Below are positions 52,976 through 64,000 of a DNA stretch of 64,000 nt, piece by piece. Origin of the DNA: Octopus vulgaris. Its lineage: Eukaryota. The position numbers were made by a program, and so were the translations under genes. The stretch is from the NCBI GenBank assembly GCA_951406725.2, contig OX597828.1, forward strand, positions 63,178,001-63,242,000. Direction: 5' to 3'. The number at the start of each line of letters is the position of its first letter. The stretch's first letter is position 1. The notes beneath the pieces are model-generated. The model was not told where the DNA came from and searched no databases. It worked only from the letters and a program-made list of their open reading frames with translations.

Positions 52976-53639
52976 TGTATGTATGTATGTATATACATGG
53001 AGAAAGAGAGTAGATAGATGCTTTTATCAGCCGGCTTCAGAGAAAGTGAGCTAACAGAGTGCTAAGTTATGTGTGGGATTGGAGAGCAAGGAGTTCTGTT
53101 CCACAACCCTCATCGACACATGGTGGCAAGGCACGCGTAGAAAGATGTTTATCTCGTTCATCTGGTTTGTGTCAAAGAAAAAAAAAAGAAAGAAACGAAA
53201 AGTAGCTTAAGGATTTGTTAAAATATAGTAAAAGAAAAAACAAACAAAAAAAATCTATACATACACACATACATACTTCAGACATACTTTTTATGTTTGT
53301 ATGTATTTGCGTGTGCATGTGTGTATGATGTATGGGTATGCACGGAGACTCGAGGTGGTCTGTATGTCAGTAACACACGTTTGTTTGTTTGCTTGTATGT
53401 GTGTGTATGTGTGTGTGTGTTCACAAAGACTGGCGATGACATTTGGCAATTTTCAAAAGATTCTTCCGAGTTGGTAGCAAAGCAGCCAAACGAGAGCAGA
53501 ATGTTTCTAATTGAAGCTGAGCGACACACAGACACACTTGCCCTGCATCACTGTGCACCCTACTTGTCTTAATCTACGATGAAAAAAATCGCAAAGTCTT
53601 CCTAAATTGTGTCAGAATTTCCTGATAAATTAAATAAAA

Positions 53640-53800
53640 GTAAATGTGACCTTGACCTTTTTTCACTCAAGGGTAGATAACTGCTGCTGATCAGTTTTGA
53701 CAAATGACCTTGAAACCTGAATATGACCTTAGCTTTTCTGGTAACTACACACCCTCGGCAATCTGTTCTGCTATAAAATAAAACCCGGAAGTTGTTGAAG
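53640..53800. promoter_or_regulatory. Candidate promoter/enhancer motif cluster
   Basis: Four TGACCT half-sites (direct repeat at 53647-53658, 53705, 53724), TATAAAA at 53772 and CCGGAAGT at 53785, in CpG-retaining DNA. Motif evidence only. Confidence 0.3.
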
Positions 53801-54154
53801 TAAACCAAAAAGAAAAAGGGACATTGTTATTGTTTTGGAAAAATTGATAGAACGCTGGACGAAATGCCAGCTTTTTATGTTTTGGTTTCAAATCCGACCT
53901 AAGTCGACTTTGCTTTTCATCAGCGACGGTTTTCTTTTCTTTTTCTCTTTTTACGAATAACTGCGGGATAAATAACGAAACGAAACCATACTTGGGAAAT
54001 ACAAAATTAGACTTGGGTATCCCGATTAAACAAAACGAACGAATAAATATTTAAAAATCAGCTTTTTTTTTTTAAAGCTTAAATTATTTTTTTAAAAGTT
54101 ATTAAGCTAGCAACGAAAAATACAATATATATATATATATATATACATCCATCC

Positions 54155-54231
<77 letters not shown>

Positions 54232-54271
54232 GATGCACACAAGTGTGTGTGTATACATACATTATATATTA

Positions 54272-54641
54272 TTTTACTTGTTTCAGTCATTTGACTGTGG
54301 CCATGCTGGAGCACCGCCTTTATCAAACAAATTGACCCCAGGGCTTATTCTTTGTAAGCCTAGTACTTATTCTATCGGCCTCTATTAACGAATCGCTAGG
54401 TTACAGGGACGTAAACGCACCAGCATCGGTTGTCAAAGGATTGTGGGGGGACAAACACAGACACACATATATATATATACGACAGGCTTCTTTCAGTTTC
54501 TGTGTGCCAAATCCACTCACAAGACTTTGGTCGGTCCGAAGTTATAGCAGAAGATACTTGCCTAAGGTGCCATGAAGTGGGACTGAACCCGGAACTATGT
54601 GGTTGGGAAGCAAGCTTCCTACCACACAGCCAGCCTGCGCC
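54272..54641 (-). mobile_element. Full-length tRNA-derived SINE with CR1-type tail
   Basis: Minus strand: head GGCGCAGGCTGGCTGTGTGG...CCGGGTTCAGTCCC, core GGATTTGG...GAAACTGAAAGAAGCC, tail GGCGGTGCTCCAGCATGGCCACAGTCAAATGACTGAAACAAGTAAAA. Confidence 0.85.
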
Positions 54642-55118
54642 TATTATATATATATATCATATAAACAAAATGAGCTAAGGGAAATAACCAATGATATGTA
54701 TTTGAGCAACATAAACATATAGAGGTATAGCAAATACCATACAACATATATTATAACAATCTCTGCTTCGAGAGGATATGTCATAATTACCAAATGGCAA
54801 TTAAAACTAACTCCATAGGGGAAGGAGAGATAATCGCAAGAATCACGTGTTCTCCAAAACCGAGATAAAGGACAGGCTTATTTGCTGGCGAAGGCTTTTG
54901 AGCTGGAAACACGTGAGAACAGCTGAGCTCGTATATCCAGACAATAAGATTTAGGGACCAGCTAAAGCACCTTGGTGGATTCGAAACCAAATCTACATCT
55001 TTATTTCGGTCTTTTGTTTTCTCCTCTCAGCACTTAGAGATTAATGAGGATGAGTTGTCGTCTGAGACCTTCTCCAGTCATGGAAGGGTTAGAAAGATAA
55101 TTCTGGGTAAAATCTTTT

Positions 55119-55409
55119 GGATCTTTTCCTTTTGAACGGCAGTTTTCAACACAATTTCTAGTTAACTAAACACTTTTAAACTTCGTATACTGGTAGAATG
55201 TGTCAAAATAAAACATTTTTTTCTCTTGGCTTTCTTGAGAAAATTGTAATTTGTAAGTTTAACGTAGTTTAATTTTTCGAATTTTAACCAATCGATTGCC
55301 TCTATTGAGCTAAACTCATTTGCTGCGTTTAAAACTGAGACAACATCCTGTCACTAACCCTCACTAACCCTCACCCTGCTGAAAACTGCCGGTCGAAAGG
55401 AAAAGATCC
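55119..55409. mobile_element. MITE with ~28-bp TIRs and 8(-9)-bp TSD
   Basis: GGATCTTTTCCTTTTGAACGGCAGTTTT ... AAAACTGCCGGTCGAAAGGAAAAGATCC, with AATCTTTT on both flanks. Confidence 0.88.
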
Positions 55410-56275
55410 AATCTTTTGTTTTAGGTTGACCTGCTTTGATTGCCAGACTTTCTAAACACCGAACCGAAGATTCAGTCACTCTCTTTGGTCATTGAAATGG
55501 ATAGTGACTTTTGAGACACCCTATATGTGAGTTTGTGTGTGTGTGTATATGTCTGTGTGTGTATATATACACACACACATATACGTATCTTCACCCCCAC
55601 CCCCACCACACACATACTTTAAGGGATGTTGGTTATAGCTGGTCAGGGAGTGACCGTTAGTTTCGCACCTATGTAGTTCTAAGTGGCATAGATGACTCTC
55701 TGACCAACAATCTGTTAAATATTTCCGCTCTAAACTCTTTCAGGGTGTTCTTCTTTTCGGACTTAAGAACTACTGACCGATTCTATGGATACATGTCCAA
55801 ATGTAACAACTTTTGAAGAGAAGGCTGCTATTTTCTTATCTCGTCGGGGTCACCAAATGTAACTAGTTATGGTACGGTCAAATTGTGTAAACTCTGTGAG
55901 ACAGTGAAATAATCAACGTAGAAACGAAAATGATTGTTTACAGTTTTTCTTCACACGTAGAGTCAATATGTGAGGCTGTGGTAGAAGTTAGCCATTTCGG
56001 AGTTCAACAGAAATGAAGTTCGAACGCCCATCAGTGTGGGTCTGTTAGGAAAAGCTGATTGCTAGAAAGTGAAACGCATACAACGTGTGGGAGCAAACAT
56101 ATACTGACCGTGATGTTCTTTCAAAGTTCCTGTTTATACCTAAGGGAAAAACTGGATGTATGTTTGAGAACAAAGGGATATCTATGTCTTTTGTAACCTT
56201 CAAATGATCCAAGAATTCTAACTCAAACAAAGGAACCAAGATAAGTTTGACAGGTGCCCTCATAAATTTCCGAGA

Positions 56276-56738
56276 GTACACCAGATACTTGCATCACAAC
56301 CATATGTGCGCGACATGGTGATCTCATATCAAGATAAACAGCACATGACCTTGCAGGTGGGACCCAGTTAGAATTTTCTTCAGGTCGAGTATCCCATCCC
56401 ACTCAAAATGTCCCTGAATAAGGGTTGTTTAAGGATGATGAACAAAACACCCATGTTTCTGGAGGTGAATTATCCAAACCCCAAAGAATCCCTCTCAACA
56501 CATGGCTATGATGTTTCCCCACTACTTCTGCTCGTGATCAGAGATGCACATATCGTCAGCCACTAAGGGACATGCTCAACTGGTTATGGTCAAACAACTG
56601 ACAAGCAAATCTGTGGTATTGAGCAGAATATTTGCTGTAGCCCATCTTTTATACCAAGACAATACAATGTACATGATAACACTTCCAATCAGTTAAGATC
56701 AGAAGCCATGTGAGCCACTGCCTGGTACTGCATCAGGG
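56276..56738. repeat. Second copy of the unclassified ~530-bp repeat
   Basis: Colinear with ~32039-32468. Confidence 0.85.
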
Positions 56739-56739
56739 C

Positions 56740-56953
<214 letters not shown>

Positions 56954-57401
56954 TGTTTTGATTTTGTTTTCATTCATATAAGAAGCTGCACCCAAGTCTC
57001 TACGAGATGAGTCTAGGCATAACCAATTTTGCTTCTAAATATGCAAACAGTTGAGATGCCACGCAATTGAAAAACCGATGTCCGTGTGTCTCAAAAAGAA
57101 ACCTTTTTAAAATTTATTATAAAACTGAATAAGATTGTAGTTACATGGAGAGGAATTTACGTAAAATATGTGAAGAACCCCATGAATATTTTGAGCTGCC
57201 AGGAATTTGGTCAACCTATCTATTTGCTCTTTTTGATATTATTCCAAGTGCCTTGATTACAATAGGTAAAGTTGTTGCTTTGAGATGCCGCATTCTTCTC
57301 ATTTCTGTCACTAAGTCTTTATACATGTCAAAGATATCTGGTTGGTTTGTCTGAATATCCTGATCAGAGTGAACTCTGAAATTCCAAAAGTTGGTAATTT
57401 C
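56954..57401 (-). mobile_element. R4/Dong-like (restriction-like endonuclease) LINE 3' fragment
   Basis: Minus strand 57401-57141 reads EITNFWNFRVHSDQDIQTNQPDI/YKDLVTEMRRMRHLKATTLPIVIKALG...IPGS...HILRKFLSM*, followed by a short 3' UTR abutting the (AAC)/(AAT) microsatellite. Confidence 0.72.
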
Positions 57402-58222
57402 AGTATTCCAGGCAACTTGTAGTGGTTTGTGTTCCCGTCAATTCTCTTTGTGAGGGAGGTTCTATGTGGGACATAATGACCAGTCTATATACTGAGATGC
57501 CCTCCTTTGCCTTTGCAAGTTCTCTGTTGTTGGTGCCAGTCGGCCGCATCCTGAAATTATGTGGTTGATTGTCTCTGGATGTTCTCCGTATATGCGACAC
57601 GATGGGCTATTTTACCATTACAGAACATTACACGAGTAATTTGTAGTGAGCAGGCACTCACAGCGAGCTGGCAGAATCGGTAGCATGCCCGACAAAATGC
57701 TTAGCAGCATTTCGTCCGTCTTTTCGTTCTAAGTTCAAATTCCGTCAAGGGGCGACTTTGTTTTTCATTCTTTCGGGGTCGATAAAATAAGCACCAGTCA
57801 AGTACTTGAATCAGTCTAATCGACTTGGCCCTCCCCTGAAATTGTTGTCCTTGTGCCAAAGTTTGAAAACTTTATTGTTATTACAGTCGTAGAAATGGTT
57901 GCGAAGCAGATGAAGATGAGATATGTCGTAGCATCCTCCATGGAAATCGAACTGAATCTAACTGTTCCACTAAGGTGACTACACAACTTCAACCGGCCAC
58001 ATTTGAAGCCGTAACCTAACAAGTTAGAAAAAATTGAACTCTTAACAACAACAGCAGACCAGCCCCAAAACATTCAAAGAAACGCTCAGGAAAGATCGGC
58101 TGCAATAGGGACCAATGAGAAACCAACCTGCTGCCACGAAGCGACAACAAAACCGATAGGAAATAAAGTTAAGGCAGTGCTCCAGCATAGCCGCAGTCCT
58201 ACGACTGAAACTATTAAAACAA

Positions 58223-58223
58223 T

Positions 58224-58258
<35 letters not shown>

Positions 58259-58286
58259 CATATATATACATATATGTATATATATG

Positions 58287-58341
<55 letters not shown>

Positions 58342-58454
58342 ATATGTATATACATATATATGTATGTATGTATATATGTATATACATATATATGTATGTA
58401 TGTATGTATATACATATATATATGTATATATGTATATATATATATATATATGTG

Positions 58455-58527
<73 letters not shown>
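58223..58527. repeat. (CA)n/(TA)n/(TATG)n microsatellite
   Basis: Directly visible; the source of the YI-repeat pseudo-ORFs. Confidence 0.98.
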
Positions 58528-58529
<2 letters not shown>

Positions 58530-58749
58530 AGAGGAAGAAAAGCAATCTCAGGATGCTGAAGCTCATGAAAGTAATGACAAAGGGATGCAAGCAATCCACA
58601 CATACAAAAGAACAAAAAAAAAAACAAACAACAACAAAAACAGACAAACAAACGAAAAAACCGGACCCCAAAATGACTTATTTTAAACACAGACACACAT
58701 GTATATGCGTGTAAGCATAAGGAATAAGTACTCATGACATAATCTTGGA

Positions 58750-59206
58750 AATAATAATAATTTCTCTACTTTTCTCTAGGGATATGGATGTGGTCTACAA
58801 TTTGTGTAGGGGTTTAAATAAAAGATGAAGGGAAAGAAAGTGGGGGGGGGGAACAGTGAAATGACATAAAACTAACGAATGATGCAGTCCTTCTGATACA
58901 GGAGAACCTCCAACTTGAGCCAATCAAAGAACCCCATAGATCCAAGTTTACCCTAGTCCCAATGGCACAAGTCCTTGCCCAACTGCTGTTCTCAAATTTA
59001 CAGATGCATGTTTAAAGCGGATCCATTCACCCCAACCGTTTTTACCAGTTGCCCGTTTGTTCACAAATTCACTGTGACAGAGCACTTCCTTCTCCATCCT
59101 CATTTTCCTTTTCAAGTGGAACTTAGAAATAGTTGATAAAAGCTTAACCAAAGAGGAAGGTGTCTTTCCTGAATCCTTTCATCCTCATCCATCACACAAC
59201 CTCTTT
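58750..59206 (-). repeat. ~460-bp repeat (copy 2 of 35231-35704)
   Basis: Near-identical sequence with one ~20-bp deletion near 58874. Confidence 0.85.
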
Positions 59207-59561
59207 CATCTTAGCCACAAACAAATGGCCGCCTCTCCCCCTTCTTTTAACCCTTTTCATATCAACCCCGCTCAACACCGTTCCTGCTCCTTTGGAACAT
59301 AGTTTCAATTTTAAAGGGATTCAAATAAAAATTTGTCATTAAAATTTTTTGTTTATTTACATTCCAAAACTTAGCTGAACAACGACAAATTATTTTAGTA
59401 TATTTCTACTATTTTTGAGACCATAAAGGGCGTGTATTTCAGCTAAAATATAGTAAGAAGAGAATTAAAGTCGGGTGTTAGGGCGATCCTGCTAAAGGAC
59501 TCGGCCGTTAACCGAATTCATGTGACAATAGCTGTTCGCTTCATAACTCTACAAGTCATTA

Positions 59562-59795
59562 TGGCGGCGAGCTGGCAGAACCGTTAGCAGACCGGGCGTA
59601 ATGCTTAGCAGTATTTCGTCTGCCGCTACGTTCTGAGTTCAAATTCCGCCGAGGTCGACTTTGCTTTGCGTCCTTTCGGGGTCGATTAAATAAGTACCAG
59701 TTACGCACTGCGGTCGATATAATGGACTCAATCCGTTTGTCTGTCCTTGTTTGTCCCCTCTGTGTGTAGCCCCTTGTGGGCAGTAATGAAATTAT
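59562..59795 (+). mobile_element. Well-preserved tRNA-derived SINE (third type)
   Basis: GGCGGCGAGCTGGCAGAACCGTTAGC (A-box-like), GAGTTCAAATTCC (B-box-like), core TCCTTTCGGGGTCGATTAAATAAGTACCAG; CpGs intact. Confidence 0.85.
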
Positions 59796-60335
59796 AACTC
59801 CACAAGTCAGTAAGAATTCGATTAAGAGACCGAGTATACCGTGGACATTTGTAACCTTAATGCAGAATTTCCAGAGCTTTCCACATTATGTAACACTACA
59901 CGCATACACACACATAGGCGCGCACACACATACACACACGCGCGCGCACGCACACACACACACACACATACATACACACACACAAACAAACAAGATATAA
60001 ATGTACAAAAAAAAAAAGAAGAAAAAGCAGGAGTAGTTTCCCTTGTTTGTACGTCAGATGTCACGAATCGATTATGACATATTGATGAGATCAACAGATT
60101 CGGTAGTTTTAGATTCTATGTTGTTTGTTTAGAGAGTGAAAAATCTAGTTTCTGTTAAGATACATTTTCATAACTCTGCCTTTATATTCCTGTTTTCGAG
60201 AAACCCAAACATAAATCTAGATTGCAAGTAAGTGTACGTTTTTATATATATGTGTGTGTGTGTGCGTGTGTATCTATCTTCCTATATACTTAGCTCTCAT
60301 ACATACACACATGTGTGTGTGTGTGTGTGTGTGGG

Positions 60336-60401
<66 letters not shown>

Positions 60402-60463
60402 ATTTTTTGCATGGAAAAACGGTTGACATGACTTCAGAGTTTTGGTTTGTTTGCCTTTTTAAA

Positions 60464-60507
60464 ACAATCTGATGAAAGCAAGGAAACTGAAACTTCGAAG
60501 TCCCTGT
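60464..60507 (+). ncRNA. Minimal hammerhead ribozyme core (Penelope-type) with weakened stem I
   Basis: CTGATGA (60469-60475), AAG caaggaaa CT, GAAA, palindromic ACTTCGAAGT, C (GUC cleavage triplet). Confidence 0.55.
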
Positions 60508-60869
60508 CAATCTTTTCATTGTAAGACTTTAATAAAATGTTTACTCTACAAAAGACTATAAGTATAGCGGGTGGACTTTGATGCTGCGGCCTACGTTGGA
60601 ACCCGGCCATAATAATATATATAAAATGTATATATATATATATATATACATTATATATTTATATTGTATATATTATGTAATATTTATATTATATATATAA
60701 TATATATATGTATACACTCACACATCTTCTATCTTTTCCTTGTTTCATTCATTGGACTTCCTCCTCCCCCTTCTCTCGGTTTGCAAATTACTCCTCCCCA
60801 CCGCCTGAAGGTTTTGTTCATGGATCTCTTTGCGGAAATTCAAGCTGGATATAGCTTGAGTCCTTATAC

Positions 60870-61070
60870 CAGTGCTTTTCAAACTTTTTGTTGAAGCGGA
60901 ACCCCAAGGAAATATTCCACTGGCTCGAGTAACCCCTGTGCAATAATTTAATAGTCTTATGCACACATATCTGCACAGGAGAATTAAAAATTACTGCCGA
61001 TTTTAGCAGTTTTGTAACTTCTTGCGGAAACCCTGGACTGTACTGGCGGAACCCTGGTTGAAAACCACTG
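60870..61070. mobile_element. hAT (Buster/Charlie-type) MITE
   Basis: TIRs CAGTGCTTTTCAA / TTGAAAACCACTG; perfect 8-bp TSD CCTTATAC (nnnTAnnn) at 60862-60869 and 61071-61078. Confidence 0.93.
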
Positions 61071-61494
61071 CCTTATACAATAGATGCCGACAGTTCGACT
61101 TGGATCATTCATCGTTAGATCTACAGTACGGTATGAGAAAGTTGTTGGCGTCACTTTCACATTATGGATAAATCCATATTATTTGTGAAGGAGAGATACA
61201 GAATTTTGTTGGTTGGAGTATCACTTGATCCATGAACAACACACTAGAAAGTTCGATCTGCTTGCCATTATCCATGCAGTGACATCTCAGGGAGTATGTG
61301 GCCTTAAGGTTATTTGACATTTCGGAGGCTGAAGTCATCTTGGAGGAGCATATTGATGCGTTGGCCCAGGTTTGTCAATACTACTTCTGTGCGTCTGAGG
61401 CTACCCTTATTCACCATTATTTTTCGAAGCATCTGTTGCACGATATAATGTATATGTTAATTAGCACATCAAGTTGCTTTAAAACAGACCAAGG

Positions 61495-61696
61495 AAATGA
61501 GTTTACCTCAATAGAGGCAATTGATTGGTTAAAATTCGAAAACTTAAACTACGTTAAACTTACAAATTACAATTTTCTCAAGAAAGCCAAGAGAAAAAAT
61601 ATTTTATTTTGACACATTCTACCAGTATACGAAGTTTAAAAGTGTTTAGTTAACTGGTTATTGTGTTGAAAACTGCCGTTCAAAAGGAAAAGATCC
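61495..61696. mobile_element. Inverted partial copy of the 55119-55409 MITE family
   Basis: Reverse complement of ~55119-55320, ending AAAACTGCCGTTCAAAAGGAAAAGATCC; second TIR not found. Confidence 0.85.
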
Positions 61697-62146
61697 CAGA
61701 CCAAGTTTGAATGTGACATCTTGACGGATGTCCATCGCGATTTCATTCTGTTTGGACCGCATTCGCATATGTATTTCCACTTCATTTATGCATACAAAGT
61801 GATGCGTTATGGTTTGACTGCATGCGGAGAGATCGGATGGATGCGTGTGTTGCTGACTTTCGCGGCCATGCTGTAGCACCCAAGCGTAGTTATTAGTTTA
61901 TGAAATGTTTTAAGTTTATTGGAGTTACTTCCCTTTAAAGTGAGTTACTTCGCTTGGACTTACATCCGTCTCCCCATGCTTGCATTCAAATTTCTGTCTC
62001 TTAAATTTCTCTCGGAAGGCATTGGTCGACTCAAAGCCGTGTAGTGGGAGTGAACCCACGAAACACGCGTATTCAAATATCGTTATAACCCAGAGAGTAC
62101 TCTGTATTGTCCAGGCATCAATACAAGTTGAGTTTTATACAGAAAC

Positions 62147-62181
<35 letters not shown>

Positions 62182-62229
62182 GCAGAGAAAGAGATAAATA
62201 GAGAGAGAGGAAAAAGAGAGAAAGAAGAT

Positions 62230-62738
62230 TGTATGAATGGAAGAGCTGAGCTGTTGTTGGGAGAGACTGGAAGAGCCATGACTCAACTTGCTGAAGCAAA
62301 AACGAGAGAGGTATGCAGTGTGGTGTATGTATGGAAGATCCTGGAGGGGTTGGCACCAAGCTTTAGTATCAAGAGCTATATCAGCCCCCTACCCAACCCC
62401 GAACTGGACTGTTTCAAAGGTCCCAGCTAGAGGTGAGGACCATGTACTACAATAGCTCGGAATTCAAGGGCTCACAGCTATTAACGCCTTGCCAAAACAT
62501 CCGAGGAATCTTCATGGAGTCGGGGTAGATGTTTTTAAGAAAGAGCTTCACCTCCTGCTATCCAAGGTCTCAGATGACCCTATATCAAGGCAGGAAACTC
62601 AAAAAATGGTAGCAGTGTTGAATTCCCATCTTCACCAAAAGCCAATCACATGAGATTGGCCATTGAAAAGGTGTTTACACTGGCAGTGCTCCAGCATGGC
62701 CACGGCCTTATGGCTGAAACATATAAAAGAATAAAAGT
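62230..62738 (+). mobile_element. CR1-like LINE 3' fragment
   Basis: YVWKILEGLAPSF and NALPKHPRNLHGVGVDVFKKELHLLLSKVSDDP (ORF2 C-terminus-like), then terminus GTGCTCCAGCATGGCCACGG...GCTGAAACATATAAAAGAATAAAAG. Confidence 0.72.
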
Positions 62739-63354
62739 ATACATATTTATAAAACAGAAATTCAAATGAAGCAAGCTTGAAATTTCATTTCAATATGTGT
62801 GTGTGTGTGTATGTGTATACACACACATACATATATTGAAATGAAACTTGCATCATTCGAATTTGTTTTCTAAATTTAAAATCGTCATCTTGTATTAAAT
62901 ATTTGTTGATAAAAGAGTTAATTGAAAACATTTAGTGTCATTTATTATATTTTTAATGAACCTTGATTGTATATGTGTTGTTGTTGAACCCTAGGCAAAG
63001 CTAGTTTAAGTAGAACTATGATCAGAAATGAAGCATTTAATTTTGTCAAATAGTGTCTCTGGAATTACAGTATCATATGTAATGTTTATAAAGACCATGG
63101 GATATGGCTGGAGGGTGGTTTAGCTGTTAGTTCTAGCAAGTCAAAAGAACACGTAGAGGTTCCCTCATTGGTTTGTGATGTGTGTGTGTTGGTGAGAACT
63201 TTTATTTACTTCATATTTTCATAAATTTTCTTCTCTTTGCAGGACACGCTGCTTGTACATGCCCCCACAATCCCCCATGCCTCTACAAATTGCTTGAATT
63301 GAGGATTCCCTTTTTTTTTTTCCTGACCCACCATCAAGTGAGTAAAACTTCATC

Positions 63355-64000
63355 ATGACCACGTTTGCTCCGACTAAACCACGGAGACCCGTGTATGCAA
63401 GTTACACAAATCCGGGTCCTTATTATAAAATGAACCCTTTGCTGGGGGACAAGGGCCATGACAAAAACAGTCTCTTTCCAAAGAGACCTGCTTATTATAT
63501 TGGTTTAAGAACACAGCGACGAATGATCACAGATACACCAGGCCCTTGTTATTTGTTAGACAATCCGTTAGTATACCGTGATGGCATGAAAAGTACCCCA
63601 AAGTTCTCAATTAAAAGCCGGAGAGACGACCACAACGTAGACAAAACTCCAGCCCCTGGTGACTACGATGTGATAAAGTGTACCCTGTCAGGTGCTGTGT
63701 ACCCCAGCCAACCAAGGTGCATCTTTGGAAAATCTTCATTTAGACGTGTTCCTGATGATACGCCAGCGCCTAACGCATATACCCTACCCCCAGTATTGAC
63801 ACACACTGTCGACGCCAGTAAAATCCAAGCACCAATCTATTCCATGCGAGCTAAGTTTGTTTTTGGCCATCCTTATGAAGACTTTTCAGAGACGCCTGGT
63901 CCTGCCGCTTACAAAGCAGCCAATCTTGATATGATCAACAAGAAAGCCCCTGGATTCACCATGCGACCATGGACCAGTCTTCCTACAGATAATACCAATA
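63355..64000 (+). CDS. ODF3: ODF3/SHIPPO1 (CIMAP1)-like PGP-repeat axonemal protein; 3' end beyond the window
   Basis: ATG at 63355 with an in-frame TAA upstream (63343-63345); 215 open codons: MTTFAPTKPRRPVYASYTNPGPYY...TPGPCY...TPAPGDY...TPAPNAYTLP...APIYSM...TPGPAAY...APGFTM. Likely splice acceptor at 63241-63242 in the 5' UTR. Absent from the ORF track because the stop lies outside the window. Confidence 0.88.
   Translation, partial: MTTFAPTKPRRPVYASYTNPGPYYKMNPLLGDKGHDKNSLFPKRPAYYIGLRTQRRMITDTPGPCYLLDNPLVYRDGMKSTPKFSIKSRRDDHNVDKTPAPGDYDVIKCTLSGAVYPSQPRCIFGKSSFRRVPDDTPAPNAYTLPPVLTHTVDASKIQAPIYSMRAKFVFGHPYEDFSETPGPAAYKAANLDMINKKAPGFTMRPWTSLPTDNTN

Noticed and set aside
58042-58735. Long YI/IY-repeat ORFs (up to 209 aa)
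   Set aside because: Translations of (TA)n/(TATG)n repeats.

Overview
AT-rich, microsatellite- and transposon-dense animal DNA. The repeat content (tRNA-derived SINEs, RTE LINEs with (GAT)n tails) suggests a coleoid cephalopod such as Octopus; this is an inference. Two host genes can be read. (1) The last four coding exons of a CDC34/UBE2R-type ubiquitin-conjugating enzyme lie on + (24830-24916, 36114-36211, 41256-41390, 42780-42993); I did not find exon 1, so it is probably upstream of the window. (2) An ODF3/SHIPPO1-like PGP-repeat ORF with no intron in its first 215 codons starts at 63355 and runs off the right edge. The rest is intronic or intergenic and holds decayed RTE, CR1-like, R4/Dong-like and L1/Tx1-like LINE pieces, two mariner relics, a Tc1 (DD37E-like) relic, Helitron pieces, a solo LTR, two TSD-flanked MITEs and three SINE types. 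The most notable observations are: a ~390-bp palindrome centred on a Penelope-type minimal hammerhead ribozyme motif, with a second hammerhead core at ~60.5 kb; a C4HC3 PHD finger inserted inside the RT domain of the RTE LINE family; a CpG-decay boundary near 52 kb; inverted RTE copies flanking an in-frame exon; and SINEs that share a head but carry tails from two different LINEs. Everything was read by eye, with no searches or folding run. Most short ORFs in the supplied track are spurious or TE-derived.
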